DNA of 64,000 nt from Azolla caroliniana (taxonomy: Eukaryota > Plantae > Polypodiophyta), in contig JBHGNT010000003.1 of NCBI GenBank assembly GCA_043228905.1, forward strand, positions 14,694,001 through 14,758,000. Reading direction: 5' to 3'. Positions 1 through 12,304 of this stretch are shown here, one piece after another; position 1 is the first letter of the stretch, and the number at the start of each line of letters is the position of its first letter. Both the position numbers and the translations under genes were made by a program. The notes beneath the pieces are model-generated. The model saw only the letters and a list, made by a program, of their open reading frames with translations, had not been told where the DNA came from and did not search any database.

Positions 1-1161
1 GTTTCTGCCTTGTGCAAATAACAGTCTGAATCGGCCCATACCTTTGTGCTAGACCACTGAGGCAAATCTGTACCGTCTCATCTTTGTCCACCGTTACATT
101 GATGGATCCAATGGCATCACAGATTTCCTTGATTTTGGTGGTGTAGCCGGTCACCGTCATATCCCTCTATCGGATATTGTTGACCTCTTGCCAAAGTTGC
201 AACTTTCGGGTCGTGGTACTTGCGGCAAAAATCTTTTTCAGATTTTCCCAAGCCTCCTTCGACGTCTTCGCATCCCGAATGTAGCCCAACATCTATTCGT
301 GCACACAGGATGCAAGGCAGTACAAGACTCTACTTGCAACTTGCTCCCACAACGGTAAATCCTTGTGTGCCGAATCCGGTGCCACTTCGTTTACTCCTTC
401 CACATAGCTCCAGTAATTGTGCCCAAGCAAGTACTGGTGCATCTTATAAGACCAAGATGCATAGTTGCCCAGATCAAACTATTTGATTGGAAGAGAGCTT
501 GCCATGATTTTGTCCATTTTCTTCTCGTCTATTCTTTTCCGGTTGTTAGGGTTTGTCTGTGTTGAATGCTTGTCGGCAGTAGAGGATTCTCAACCCTTGC
601 ACTCTGATACCATGTAGAGATTAGTGTGCGGAAGCTAAACAGACACAACCGGCTCAACCGTATAGCAATAAACAAAACAGAAAATCAATGGAGCACACAC
701 AAAGAATATAGAGTACTCAGGAGAGACAGAGAGAGCAGAACCTAGAAAACTTGATTTCAAAAAATAACACTATGTGCATAAAACTATGCTCACTGAGCAC
801 TTTTATCCATGTCCATAAAGGACAGTCAAAAGTACTGACAAGTTGTTGAGAGATCAAGCTCAACTTAGTTTAGTTAGTTAGTCAACCATGTAACTTCGTA
901 GTTACCTAGATAGAATCTAGTTAGAAGTGTTGACTATAACGACTTAAATAGGACCTTGTACTTAAGTAGGATATTCTAGATCCTCCACTCCCAAGGTCAT
1001 TTAATATAGGACTTACACGGTTCTACCTATATTCTCCTCACACATGTGCACCCTTGCACATGAGATCTATATATACCTCATTGATGGTATTTTTGTATTT
1101 GATGATGATGAAGCTAATGCTAATTTAATATAGTTACTCATCCCCCATCTTGTGTTGTTCA

Positions 1162-1165
<4 letters not shown>

Positions 1166-1221
<56 letters not shown>
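1166..1221. repeat. (TC)28 microsatellite in B 5' LTR; (TC)19 at 5056-5093 in the 3' LTR
   Basis: Counted directly from the sequence. Confidence 0.9.
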
Positions 1222-1225
<4 letters not shown>

Positions 1226-1876
1226 TCTCACACACATACACACACATATCACATAATCTTTCGCTTATTAAATTAATCACATAATTAGGTATTAATTAAC
1301 CCATAGTTAATTTATTTTTTTCCATTTAGCGATACTACTTTAGTATTTTTTATCTTTGGCTTGCCCGAAGGCTACAACTCACACGAAGTCATGTTTTATT
1401 TGCAGCACATAGTCCATCAGGGGGTGTACCGAATGGTACGAGTGAGATACATGCACAGGATGACCTCTAGGAGATATGAGGAGACTCGCACCACGTTCCA
1501 TCATGCAACTTGTAGACAGGCTACATTTTTACCTTCTTTATCGTCGAAACCGTCATTGTTGTCACCGTCACCATCTTCGTCGTCGTCACTTACGGGCACA
1601 AACCGCCCTTCACTGTCACCATCTGTGTCGTTGCCACTATCTTCGTCGTCGTCACTTACGGGCACAAACCGCCCTTCATTGTCATTACTTACCTAATTCT
1701 TAACATGGTATCAGAGCGTGTGGTTTAGAAAATCCACTAAGCCCACCCGACTCCATGATTGTGGGTTCGAGACACCCACGACAAAATCCGGCTATCGGTT
1801 ATCGTAGTGCCGCTACGTAGCACGTGCACGTGATCGAAAGAAGAAAAGAAAAAGAAGAGAAGACACTACAATAAAC

Positions 1877-4739
1877 ATGAACACACAAATGGGTAGCTCG
1901 CCCCCTAGTGAAAAGCTAGACCGGAGCAATTATTCATCTTGGGAGTACAAGATGACCCAATACCTCGTTGGCCAAGGGTATTGGAGCTACATCAACGGCG
2001 CTCAAGAAAATCGACCCGACTCAAAGAAAACCGACTATGCAACATGGGAGCAAGCGGCGAGTCGAGTCATGTATTGCTTGGCAACATGTGTCCACAACCA
2101 CATGCTTAGCCACATTCGAGACGCCAAGATGCCTAAAGAAGCGTGGGCGAACTTAAAGAAAATGTTCGCCGCCAACACGACCGCCCGAAAGCTTCAACTC
2201 CGACAAGACTTGAACAACATCCGGCAAGAAGATATGTCTGTGTCGGACTACACCGTCAAGATCAAGAGCATTTGTGACTCACTTGGCTCCATCAACATAA
2301 ACGTCGACGAACACGAGATGGTTCAAGTATGCTTGGGCGGCCTCGCACAACGATTCGATCCATTACAGACAGAAATCTTGGCGAGAGAAAATGCTCCTTC
2401 ATTCTTCGACCTCCAATCAATGCTATTGGTCGAAGAGAACCACTTCTGAACCAAAAGCAAGACGTTGGAAGGAAAAATGTTCTTCTTGAATTCGAACGGT
2501 GGCCGAGGAGGAGGTCATAGTGGTAGAAGAGGTCAATTCGGCCCATCACACGAAGGGAACTCAAACCTTCATGGAAGCCATCGAGGAAGCTTCGGAAGAA
2601 GGGGGAGCTTCCACGCCGAACAAGGTCGACAAATGAGGCCCGCAACTTGCAATTATTGCGGCAAAATCGGCCACCACGAGGAGGAGTGCCGAAAAAGAAG
2701 AAACGAGTCTGCTTCCACAAGTTGACAACTCACGAATTATGTCATCAACTCCGAATATGATGATTACGGCGGACTATTCGTAATGAGGCATAGAGCGAAC
2801 TCTATGTCGGCCTCCAACTCCGCAAGCGCCTCCAACTCAGAAGACGTGTGGATTGTCGATTCCACTGCCTCACATCACATGCGATCTCACGAAGAGTGGT
2901 TTCGTGATTTACAAACACTGGGTCGACCCGGCTTCATAGAGACGAGAGATCACACCACGCACCCCATTCGACACATCGGCAATATCCCATTCAGGAAAGA
3001 AGGCAAGAAAACTTACATCAAGAATGTCTTGACATGCCCACAATAACGAAGAATTTGGTCTCGGTCGGCCAAATCATGGAGCAAGGCATGCAAATCCGCT
3101 TCAACAACGAAGGTTGTTTCATTGAGAAAGATGGCCGACTCATAGCTAAGGGGTAGAGAGACAGCCGAATGTTCATCCTTGATTCGAACAAGGTGAAATC
3201 AGCCATGTACACCAAAGGTCTCAAAACCGAGACAAGCATCGAGTTGTGGCATAAGAGAATCGGCCACATAAACCTCCAACGGCTTCGAGCGATGCAAACC
3301 AAGGGAGTCGTCATCGGACTTCCGACATTCGAGTCGAAACGAGTCGATCGAGTATGCAAAGCGTGTCAACTTGGCAAACAACATCGACTCCCATTCCCGA
3401 AGGAGAGTCATGCGAGCAAAGACCTTCTCGATGTTATACACTCGGATGTATGGGGACTGGCTCAAATGCCGACGATTGGCGGATGCCGATACTACGTAAC
3501 CGTCATCGACGACTACTCACGCTACACATGGATCTACCCAATGAAGAAGAAAAGTGAAGTGCTCTCCCACTTCCAAAAGCTCAAGGGGCAAGTCGATGCC
3601 TACGATCGGATGGAGGCAAGGAGTACTTCTCCGATGAATTCACCTCCTACCTCCAAACTGAAGGTATTCGGAGAGAATTCTGATGCCGACACACACCTCA
3701 ACAAAATGGAGTTGCCGAAATGAAAAATCGGCAAATACTCAAGCTAGCATGCGCCATGATGCATGAGAAGCACATGCCAAATTTCTATTGGTCTGAAGCA
3801 GCATCCACGGCTGAAAATGTCATGAATCGATGCACCACTAATGCAGTGCATGAGCTAACTCCATACGAGCTCCTCGTCGGAAGGAAGCCGATCCTGTCGC
3901 ACCTCAAGGTGTTCGGAAGCATTGCGAATGTACGCATCCCGAACAAACAACGACAGATGCCCGATGTGAAGTCAGAGGAATGTATCTTCATAGGATACTC
4001 GTCCGAGAAGAAAGCATACAAGTGTTACAACCCTTCAACCCGAGCGGTTCGGGTAAGTCGAGACGTAGTCTTCGACAAGTCCGCATCCTGGTATGCACCA
4101 GAGATAACTTCAACTCCGACTCCGCTTGACCCGAAATCCGCCGAACAAGAGGTAGAAGATGGAGATCACTTCGAACACATGTTCGAAGAAAGTCCGATTA
4201 CGAGAAAGCCTAGTGGGCCACAAGAGCCCCCACGTGACCCAAGCATGTCGCAGCCAAGTATGAACTTAGACAAAGGCAAAGGTAAGATGCCCGAATACGA
4301 AGTTGACCACCCTGACGACAATGATTCAGATGGATTGGCTCCCTCACTAGACAATGAGTTCGGTGTACCCATCATGCGGACGCCCCGAGTAAAGAAGGCG
4401 CTCACATCGACAAGCAAAAAACTTCGACGCTCAGCTAGAGCTAAGAACCCCGTCACTCGGCATGGCTACAATGAGTACATGGCCCATCATTACGCCTTTG
4501 CGATGAAGGTAGCGGCCGAACAAGAGCCCAAGAGCTCCACCGAAGCGGCTCATAACCCACGATGGGTGGAAGTAGTCGACCTTCACCCACACACTACAAT
4601 CCTTCGTCACCGGCTTGAGGGGGAGGAATCAAGATTGCCACGCCGAAGAAAGTTGAAGGCCGGACAGAAGCACACGAAGCCGACAAAAGCCAAAGCGGAT
4701 GTTGGACGCCTCACACTTGAGCTTGAGGGGGCGTGTTGA
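1877..4739 (+). pseudogene. Disrupted gag-protease-integrase polyprotein of B
   Basis: Fragments show gag, CNYCGKIGHHEEEC knuckle, WIVDS protease, WHKRIGH..CKAC and IHSDVWG integrase motifs. There are several stops and frameshifts, and the sequence jumps to the 3' end just after EPKSSTEA..RW. Confidence 0.9.
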
Positions 4740-5051
4740 GAGATCAAGCTCAACTTAGTTTAGTTAGTTAGTCAACCATGTAACTTCGTAGTTACCTAGA
4801 TAGAATCTAGTTAGAAGTGTTGACTATAACAACTTAAATAGGACCTTGTACTTAAGTAGAATATTCTAGATCCTCCACTCCCAAGGTCATTTAATATAGG
4901 ACTTACACGGTTCTACCTATATTCTCCTCACACATGTGCACCCTTGCACATGAGATCTATATATACCTCATTGATGGTATTTTTGTATTTGATGATGATG
5001 AAGCTAATGCTAATTTAATATAGTTACTCATCCCCCATCTTGTGTTGTTCA

Positions 5052-5097
<46 letters not shown>

Positions 5098-5386
5098 TCT
5101 CACACACATACACACACATATCACATAATCTTCCACTTATTAACTTAATCACATAATTAGGTATTAATTAACCCATACTTAATTACTTACCTAATTCTTA
5201 ACACAAGTACTTCAATGCTCATAACTGAGCTACTAACACTAACTCCTAGGAATATAACTTCCTAGTAATCTAGTATCATAGGCTTCTACCGTCCTACTAG
5301 CTCACGCGTGGATCCGGTTCTCCGATCCGGGCCTAGCCGATCGGTCTTCATCCTATCCAGCACATGTTGAGCTTGCTCCTTCAACA

Positions 5387-5707
5387 ACACTCCCATCTGG
5401 TTTGCCAGTTGCTTCATCACAAGTGTGGGCCTCGTTTCGGCTCGATCTCCGTTTCCGGTGTAGTGTGATCGGTGACGCCTAACTGCATCACCCCAGCTCA
5501 ATCCAGCTCTGTCTGAATCGACACGCTTCTTCCACCACTCGCTCGCTCTGTGGCCCTTCCAGCCAAAGTACCAACATTCTGTTGTGGCTTTTCCGTGCTG
5601 GTTTCCGGTGCCGCCTTGACTCCCCCTACCCGTGGAGGGTCCAACACTAATGTCGGCACCACCTTTGTGCCTTCTATCTTACTCTTGTTGGCCGCCTCCA
5701 TTGCGTG
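5387..5707 (-). pseudogene. Copia gag C-terminal fragment (zinc knuckle region), probably part of element E
   Basis: Translations (HYTGNGDRAETRPTLVMKQLANQM) parallel C gag (HYAKGSEQAENKSGPTFVMKHKANSM). The fragment is bounded by LTR ends of A and C. Confidence 0.75.
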
Positions 5708-8700
5708 TGTAAAGAATATGTGTGTAGAAGCATGTGCGAAAACACAGAGTACACAGTTCGGAAATAAGACAATTCGGTAAAACACAGGAAAACGCAGAGA
5801 TGGAGATGGAGATGGAGAGACAAAGAGAGAGCAGACAACTTAGTTCTATTTCAAAATAATGACTCTGTACATACACCGTGCTCAGTGAGCACCTTTTATA
5901 CAAGCCCTGACAATCGGGTTGACACAAGTATTGACAGTACTTGACTGCTCATAAATGAGCCTCAACACTCACTCCCAAAATTATTCCTTATGAGGAATAT
6001 CATACTAACGGATTCGCGGTTTACGCACCGCTACGGCTCCATTATGCATACTGTTTCATGCACCTAGTCTACGCACTGGGTTATGCACCGTATTACGCAC
6101 CCAATGTTGAGCTTGTCACTCAACACTCCCCCTCAAGCTCAACTCGAGGTTTCGTCTGCTCTTCCGAAGCTATGCTCAGGTTCCTTCTAGCTTCACGCCT
6201 TGCTCGCGCTCCTCGACCTGTTCGATTCCGCGCACTTCGACCCTTTCGGTCGGCTTGTCTGCTCGTTCAGGACTTCTTAGCTCCCTTGCTATCGCGGTGT
6301 CGGCGCATCCTTCGCTGCCCTTTTCTCCGCATGGACTTCAGTTGATTCGGTGTATCCGAATCAAACATCCGAACCGACTCGGCTTCCTCCGATTGGTTTT
6401 CGCTTTCGTCCGAGTTGGTTGTCTCCAAGATGAAACTTTAACACTTATTAGAAAGATTGTAATTAATGAGGATTGCAAGTATCTGGGGGTTTCTCACCAG
6501 ACACCAGAGGGGGGTTGATTCGTCTTCAGTCTTCAGGCCTTTGACTACATCAGACCACGTCTTGGTTGTACCTCCCCCTAATTTAGGTATCCTTGGCTCT
6601 TCCCTACGGTTATGGCCCTTGCTCTTTTCTTCGGCTTCTTCAGCCAGCCCGAAATCGAATTCTTCATTTGATTCAGCGTCACGGTCATTTCTGTTGTGAT
6701 GAACACCTCCGCTCCTTTCATGCTCTTCTTCCTGTTCTTCCTTTCTCCCCCTCAAGTTCCGTGTGTCAAGATGACGCAACCCTAGGTCACCTGAGAAATG
6801 ACGTAACTTGTCGAGACCAAGAAGCTTGGTGAAGATGTCGGCAACCTGCCGATCCGTCGGAACATACGCTAGTTCGACTTCACCTGAAAGGACCTGCTCG
6901 CGGACAAAATGGTAATGCACCTCAATGTGCTTGGTCTGGGCGTGGAACATAGGGTTTTTCGCAAGGTGGATACTGTTGAGGTTGTAGCAGTAGATCATCG
7001 TCGGATCAGACACCTCTACATGCAGATCTCGTAATAGCCATTTCAGCCAAATGACTTCGCACGTAGCGACAGTCGCCCCTCGAAATTCGGCCTCCGTGCT
7101 CGACAGTGCCATTGTCGGCTGCTTTTTGCTACTCCACACGGTCGCTGCACTTCCTAATGAGAAGGCGTATCCGTATGTGGATCTATGATCACGGGCGTTT
7201 CCGGCCCAATCAGCATCCGTGTAGCCAACCAACTGTTCGGCTACGCCTACTCGATACCGCAACGCCATGTCTTTTGTGCCGCTGACATATCGCAATATCC
7301 TTTGCGCACACTAAAAGTGTTCAGCCGTAGGCTGCGACATAAATTGACTGATTAAGCCGACAGGGTAACTAAGATCTGGCCGAGTAATCGTCAAGTAGAT
7401 TAGGCTTCCGACCATCTGTCAAAACCGTTTCGGGTCGCATGCCTTTCCCGAATCTCGGCGAAGCTTTGCGTTCCTATCCAGAGGGGTCGAGATGAACTTA
7501 CAGTTTGCCATCCCGAACTTGAAAAGCATATTCAGCGCGTAATGATGTTGGCTTATCAATATGCCTTCGGGGGTACGGATCACTTCGATCCCGAGGAAGT
7601 AATGAAGGTCTCCGAGATCCTTCATTTCAAATGATGCCGCAAGCTAAGACTTTACATGGCGGATTTCTTCAAGATCGACACCGATGATGACTAAATCATC
7701 AACATACAATAGAAGATTAACCGGTCCATATTGACCTTGCCGAACAAACAGAGAAGAATCCGATTTTGACAGCGCAAACCCCATCTTACACAGTTGTTGC
7801 GTAATCTTTGCGTTCCAAGCTCGTGGGGCTTGCTTATGTTTGTACAATGACTTCTTCAGTCAGCAAACTACTGAGGTGTTTCGTTTCGATAGAAATCCGG
7901 GGAGCTGTATCATGTACACCTGTTCCTCACCTTGTAGGAACGCGTTCTTTACATCCATTTGATGTAAGTGCCACCCCTTTGCCGTAGCTACGACTAATAG
8001 AACACGCATGGTAGTCATCTTCGCAACAGGCACGAAGGTCTCACATCGTGCTTCTACGCGTAGCCTCTCCCCACTAAGCAGGCCTTGTATCGATTCACGG
8101 AGCCATCGGTGTTGTACTTGACCTTGTACACCCACCTACATCCGATCTGATTCACACCTTTCGGTGCGTCAACCAGGTCCCATGTCTCATTCTGCGTTAA
8201 GGTGTGCATCTCTTCCTCCATCGTAGCACGCCAATTTGCATCTCTCGATGCTTCTGCGTAGCTCTCTGGGTCACGCACTTCTGCCACTCACGTCATATAC
8301 GCATAATGGTGCGCTATGTATTCATTATACCCGTACCTCTTTACGGGGTTCTTCTGGCGGGTAGATCGGCGTAAATCGTGATTACCCGGTTTAACGACCT
8401 TTTCGGCTGATTTTGACCTCTTCTGCGGAGGTTTCTTTACGATCAGCTCGATGTCAGATTCGCTTCGAACTGACTCGGCGCTGCCGAAATCGTACTCCAG
8501 CATTTTCTTCTTGCCCTTCTCCTTGTGCGTAAACCGTCTCCTCGGTTCTTTACGCGGGGACATCACGGTTGAGTCTCCACTACTGGCCGTCTCATCATCT
8601 GGTTGGCCATCTCGGCCCAACCTCTCATTCGGCCCGCTTAGCCGAAATGAGATCGGACTCTCTCTCAGAGCTCCGATGTCCTTATCATGCGGAGGCATTT

Positions 8701-11344
8701 CATCCTCGTTGATCTCTTCTTTTTCCTTATCATGCGGAGTCTTGAGGTACTAGAGGTGAAGGCAAGTACCACGAAGCGGACTCGTCGAACACGACATCGC
8801 GGCTTACGCGTACTTCCTTTGTTCGAGGGTTATAACACTTATACCCTTTCTGCTCATCTAAATAGCCGACCAAGATACATTTCTCAACTTTAGCATCCAA
8901 TTTCCTCCTTTTCTCCTTCGACGCGATGCTGCTGAAAATCCTCAAGTGTGCCAAGGTTGGCTTCTTCCTGAAATACAGCTCATGTGGCAACACTCCTCCA
9001 TTAGCAGAAGTCCGATTCTGTAGGTAGACAACCGTCTTCACGGTTTCAGCCTAATAGAATTTAGGCATATGCTTCTCGTCAAGCATTGCCCTGGTCGCTT
9101 CTTCAATCATCTGATTCCTCCACTCGGCCACACCGTTTTGTTGCGGCGTGTATCTACGCGAGAATTCGTGTCGAATTCCCTCCTTCTGTAGATAACTTAT
9201 GAATTGGTCGAAGAAGTACTCCTTCCGCCATCGGACCGTAGGCATTTGATCTTACGCCTTGTTTCCCTTTCCGCAAGGCTCTTCAACTTCAGGAAACATG
9301 TGAAGACTTCACTCTTCTTTGCGATTGTGCATACCCACGTGTGCCGAGTGAAGTCGTCGATGACGGTTACAAAGTAACGGCTTCCACCAAGACTCACGTT
9401 CTGTGCCGGTCCCCACACATCCGAATGGATCAAATCCAACGGACTTCGACTATGATTACGCTCATTGGGGAATGGAAGTCACTGTTGTTTTCTCATCTGA
9501 CAGGCTTCGCAGACTTGGCCATTACGGCCCTGGAATTTCGGCAAGCCGAAAACAATGTTCTTTGTCTGCATTTCACGAAGTCGTGGGAAATTTACGTGGC
9601 TGAACCGCTTATGCCACAGGTTGATATCCAACTCGACCTTTTGTCCTTTCGCGAACATTGTTGTGCCCATATTATTGGTTTCGAGGATAAACATCCTCCC
9701 TTCACGGTGCCCTTGCGCGATCACTTTGCCTTCCTCTTCGATAAAGCAGCCGAGATGCGTGAATCAGACTTGCATCCCCTGGTCGACGATCTGCCCGACC
9801 GACACCAGATTCTTTGTGATTGTCGGGACGTGTAACACGTTCATGAGTTTCCCTTTCTGCCTCACATGGCTCAGGGGAACTTCACGGACATTCTTGATCG
9901 GATGCGGAGTGTCATCTCCCGTTTCGACCACTCCTTGTGATTCAGGTTTCTCCAAGTACGAGAACCATTCCTCGTGACTCGTCATATGATTTGACACTTC
10001 GGAATCAACATACCACACCTCCCTCGATTTCGAGGTGTTCACAGCCATAGAATTGGCCTTATGCTTCATTACGAAGGTTGGGCCCGATTTGTTTTCGGCT
10101 TGTTCAGAGCCTTTTGCGTAGTGCAATCTCTGACGCCTCTTCTCTTTGGCTCGATCCGGCTTTGTCCGAATCGGCTCTCTTTTTCCAGCACTCGCTCTCC
10201 CTGTGGCCTTTCTTGCCACAGTACCAACATTTCGACGCGGTCTTCTCTTGCCGGCTTCCGGCACCGCCATGACTCCCCCTGCTTGCGGAGGGTACGGAAT
10301 TGCTTCCGGCATCTCGATTATGCCGTCTGTTGTGCTCTTGTTGGCCGCCTCCATTGCGCACCGATCCGCCTCGTCCACCACAACCACGGGGCCTATCTTC
10401 CTCCGTGTACAACATCTTGCCATCGACGTGCGTAATTCTTGACGCACCCACATGATTTTCCTCCACGAGTAACATTGATTGAAGCTCGAATTACGAAGGT
10501 GTATTCTCCCTCGTACAGACCGCCGTTCGGAAGGCTCCGAACCTGGATGCAAGCCCACCAAGGCAAACCTACACCATTTCATCTTCCTCAACGTTTTTAT
10601 TGATGGAGGTGAGAGAATCGCAGATTTCCTTGATTCGGGTCATGTAATCAGCCACAGACAGATCTTTCTGCCGGACATTGTTGAGCTCCTGCCTGAGTTG
10701 TAGCTTCCTAGCCATTGTGCTTGCGGAGAAAGTATATTTGAGATTCGCCCACGCATCCTTTGGCGTCTTAGCATCCCGAATATAGCTCAATAGTTGGTCG
10801 CTCACATAGGATGCAAAGCAGTAGAGAACTCTACTTGCCGCTTGTTCCCAAACTGAGAAATCTCTGTGTGTTGAATCGGGTGCTACATAATTAGCTCCTT
10901 CGACATAACTCCAGTAGTCGTGACTGAGCAGGTACTGGTGCATCTTGTACAACCACGGTGTGTAGTTGCTCCTGTCGAGCTTTTTAGTCGGTAGCGAGCT
11001 TCCCATACCTCTGTCCATATTACTGTCTTTTTCTTTTTCAAAAAAAAATGAAGAACAACTTCAACTCTGTTTTGTCGCAAGCTTTTCTTGTTGGCTACAG
11101 AGGACTTCAACCCTCGCGCTCTGATACCATGTAAAGAATATGTGTGCGGAAGCGTGTGCGTAAACATAGAGTACACAATTCGAAAATAAGACAATTCGGT
11201 AAAACACAGAGATGGAGATGGAGATGGAGAGACAAAGAAAGAGCAGACAACTTAGTTCTATTTCAAAATAATGACACTCTGTACATACACCGTGCTCAGT
11301 GACCACATTTTATACAAGCCTTGACAAACGGGCTGACACAAGTA
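5708..11344 (-). mobile_element. Ty1/copia element C, full internal region, decayed; 5' LTR truncated
   Basis: 3' LTR 5708-6125, PPT 6126-6134, PBS 11118-11129. The 5' LTR from 11130 matches the 3' LTR only to ~11344. Fragmented gag, PR (WYVDS), INT, RT (LYVDD) and RNase H (YTDADWA..TKHIEVHYHF). Confidence 0.92.
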
Positions 11345-11631
11345 CAAGGTATATCATCAAAAGGATAACGAATTTTCTTCTTAATATTAATTTTCATTTA
11401 ACGTACAAAGCTTTCTTTTTTTTCAAGAAAAATTCCCCCATTGATCTTTTTCATTCCCTCTTTTATAGATGCCCTCATGCATTTGAGGGTTCAAGACATG
11501 CATAAAATGCATGTTTGCCATTTGGTGCTCATGTATTACATGTGGTGCATCATAATCATGTCACTCATTTTAGCTCTCATGTATGAGAATTTATAATTAA
11601 AAGTAAAATGATAGAAATATAAATTCAACTA

Positions 11632-11700
11632 AATGTCATGGCTTAGTGATAAGCTTACTGACTCTTAACTAGGAGGTGCAAGGTTCGAATCCTCACTTGC
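11632..11700 (+). pseudogene. Degenerate tRNA-like (Lys-CTT-like) / SINE-head sequence
   Basis: A-box-like TGGCTTAGTGA 11639-11649, B-box GGTTCGAATCC 11682-11692, anticodon-loop-like CTCTTAA 11662-11668. Stems pair poorly. Confidence 0.55.
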
Positions 11701-12304
11701 CCTCATTGTATATATATATGTGATATTTATTTATTAATTTGGACGCCGGTTACCGTCGGTCGCCGGCCCGTCGGATGCCACCGGATGTTAGTTCCACCGG
11801 CTCACCGGTTGCCAGTGTGCTACCGTTTGTCGAAATTCCGTGCTCGGCCACAACCGAGGAACTGGATCGATTCACAGAAAACGGGAAATACAACAATGCA
11901 CGAAAACAATAGAGAGAAGGGTACACTGGATGTTTTACGTGGAAAACCCTAAATGGGAAAAACCACGGGAGTGCAAGACTCCAACTATCACTATACGCGG
12001 GAATGTACAATGGCGAGCTGCAAGGCGACGACCTTGAGCTCACTGTCCTCGCCACAGGCGGCGGTATTACACAGAGGCGTCAACCTCTTCCTTCCTCTTT
12101 CTCTCTCACTCTCTCTCGGCTGCTCTCACTTCGCTCCCTCTTAGTGGAAAACAGAAAAATGAGCAACAACATAAACTGTTTGCCCTAAGTCATATTTATA
12201 CACATATGACTTTCGGGCTATTTACAAATATAGCCTCAAGGGCTCTTGGCAAACATATTCACAAATATGTCCCCGCATCCGGATCTCCCTCCGGGTACAT
12301 TCGT

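Larger units (their letters stand above)
844..5203 (+). mobile_element. Ty1/copia element B, non-autonomous (gag-PR-INT, RT/RNase H deleted)
   Basis: LTRs 844-1705 and 4734-5203 (TG...CA), TSD CAAGT at 839-843 and 5204-5208, PBS TGGTATCAGAGC 1706-1717, PPT GAGGGGGCG 4725-4733. Confidence 0.95.
1..5386 (-). mobile_element. Ty1/copia element A, 5' part (gag start, PBS, 5' LTR 613-843 + 5204-5386 split by element B); continues left of the window
   Basis: Minus-strand PBS TGGTATCAGAG at 602-612 abuts the LTR end at 613. The LTR resumes after B and starts (minus) TGTTGAAGGAGCAAGCTCAAC at 5386. Minus translation from 517 gives copia gag (NYASWSYKMHQYLLG) with an early stop. Confidence 0.85.

Noticed and set aside
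11632-11700. Functional tRNA-Lys gene
   Set aside because: Acceptor, anticodon and T stems do not pair properly; only the promoter boxes persist.
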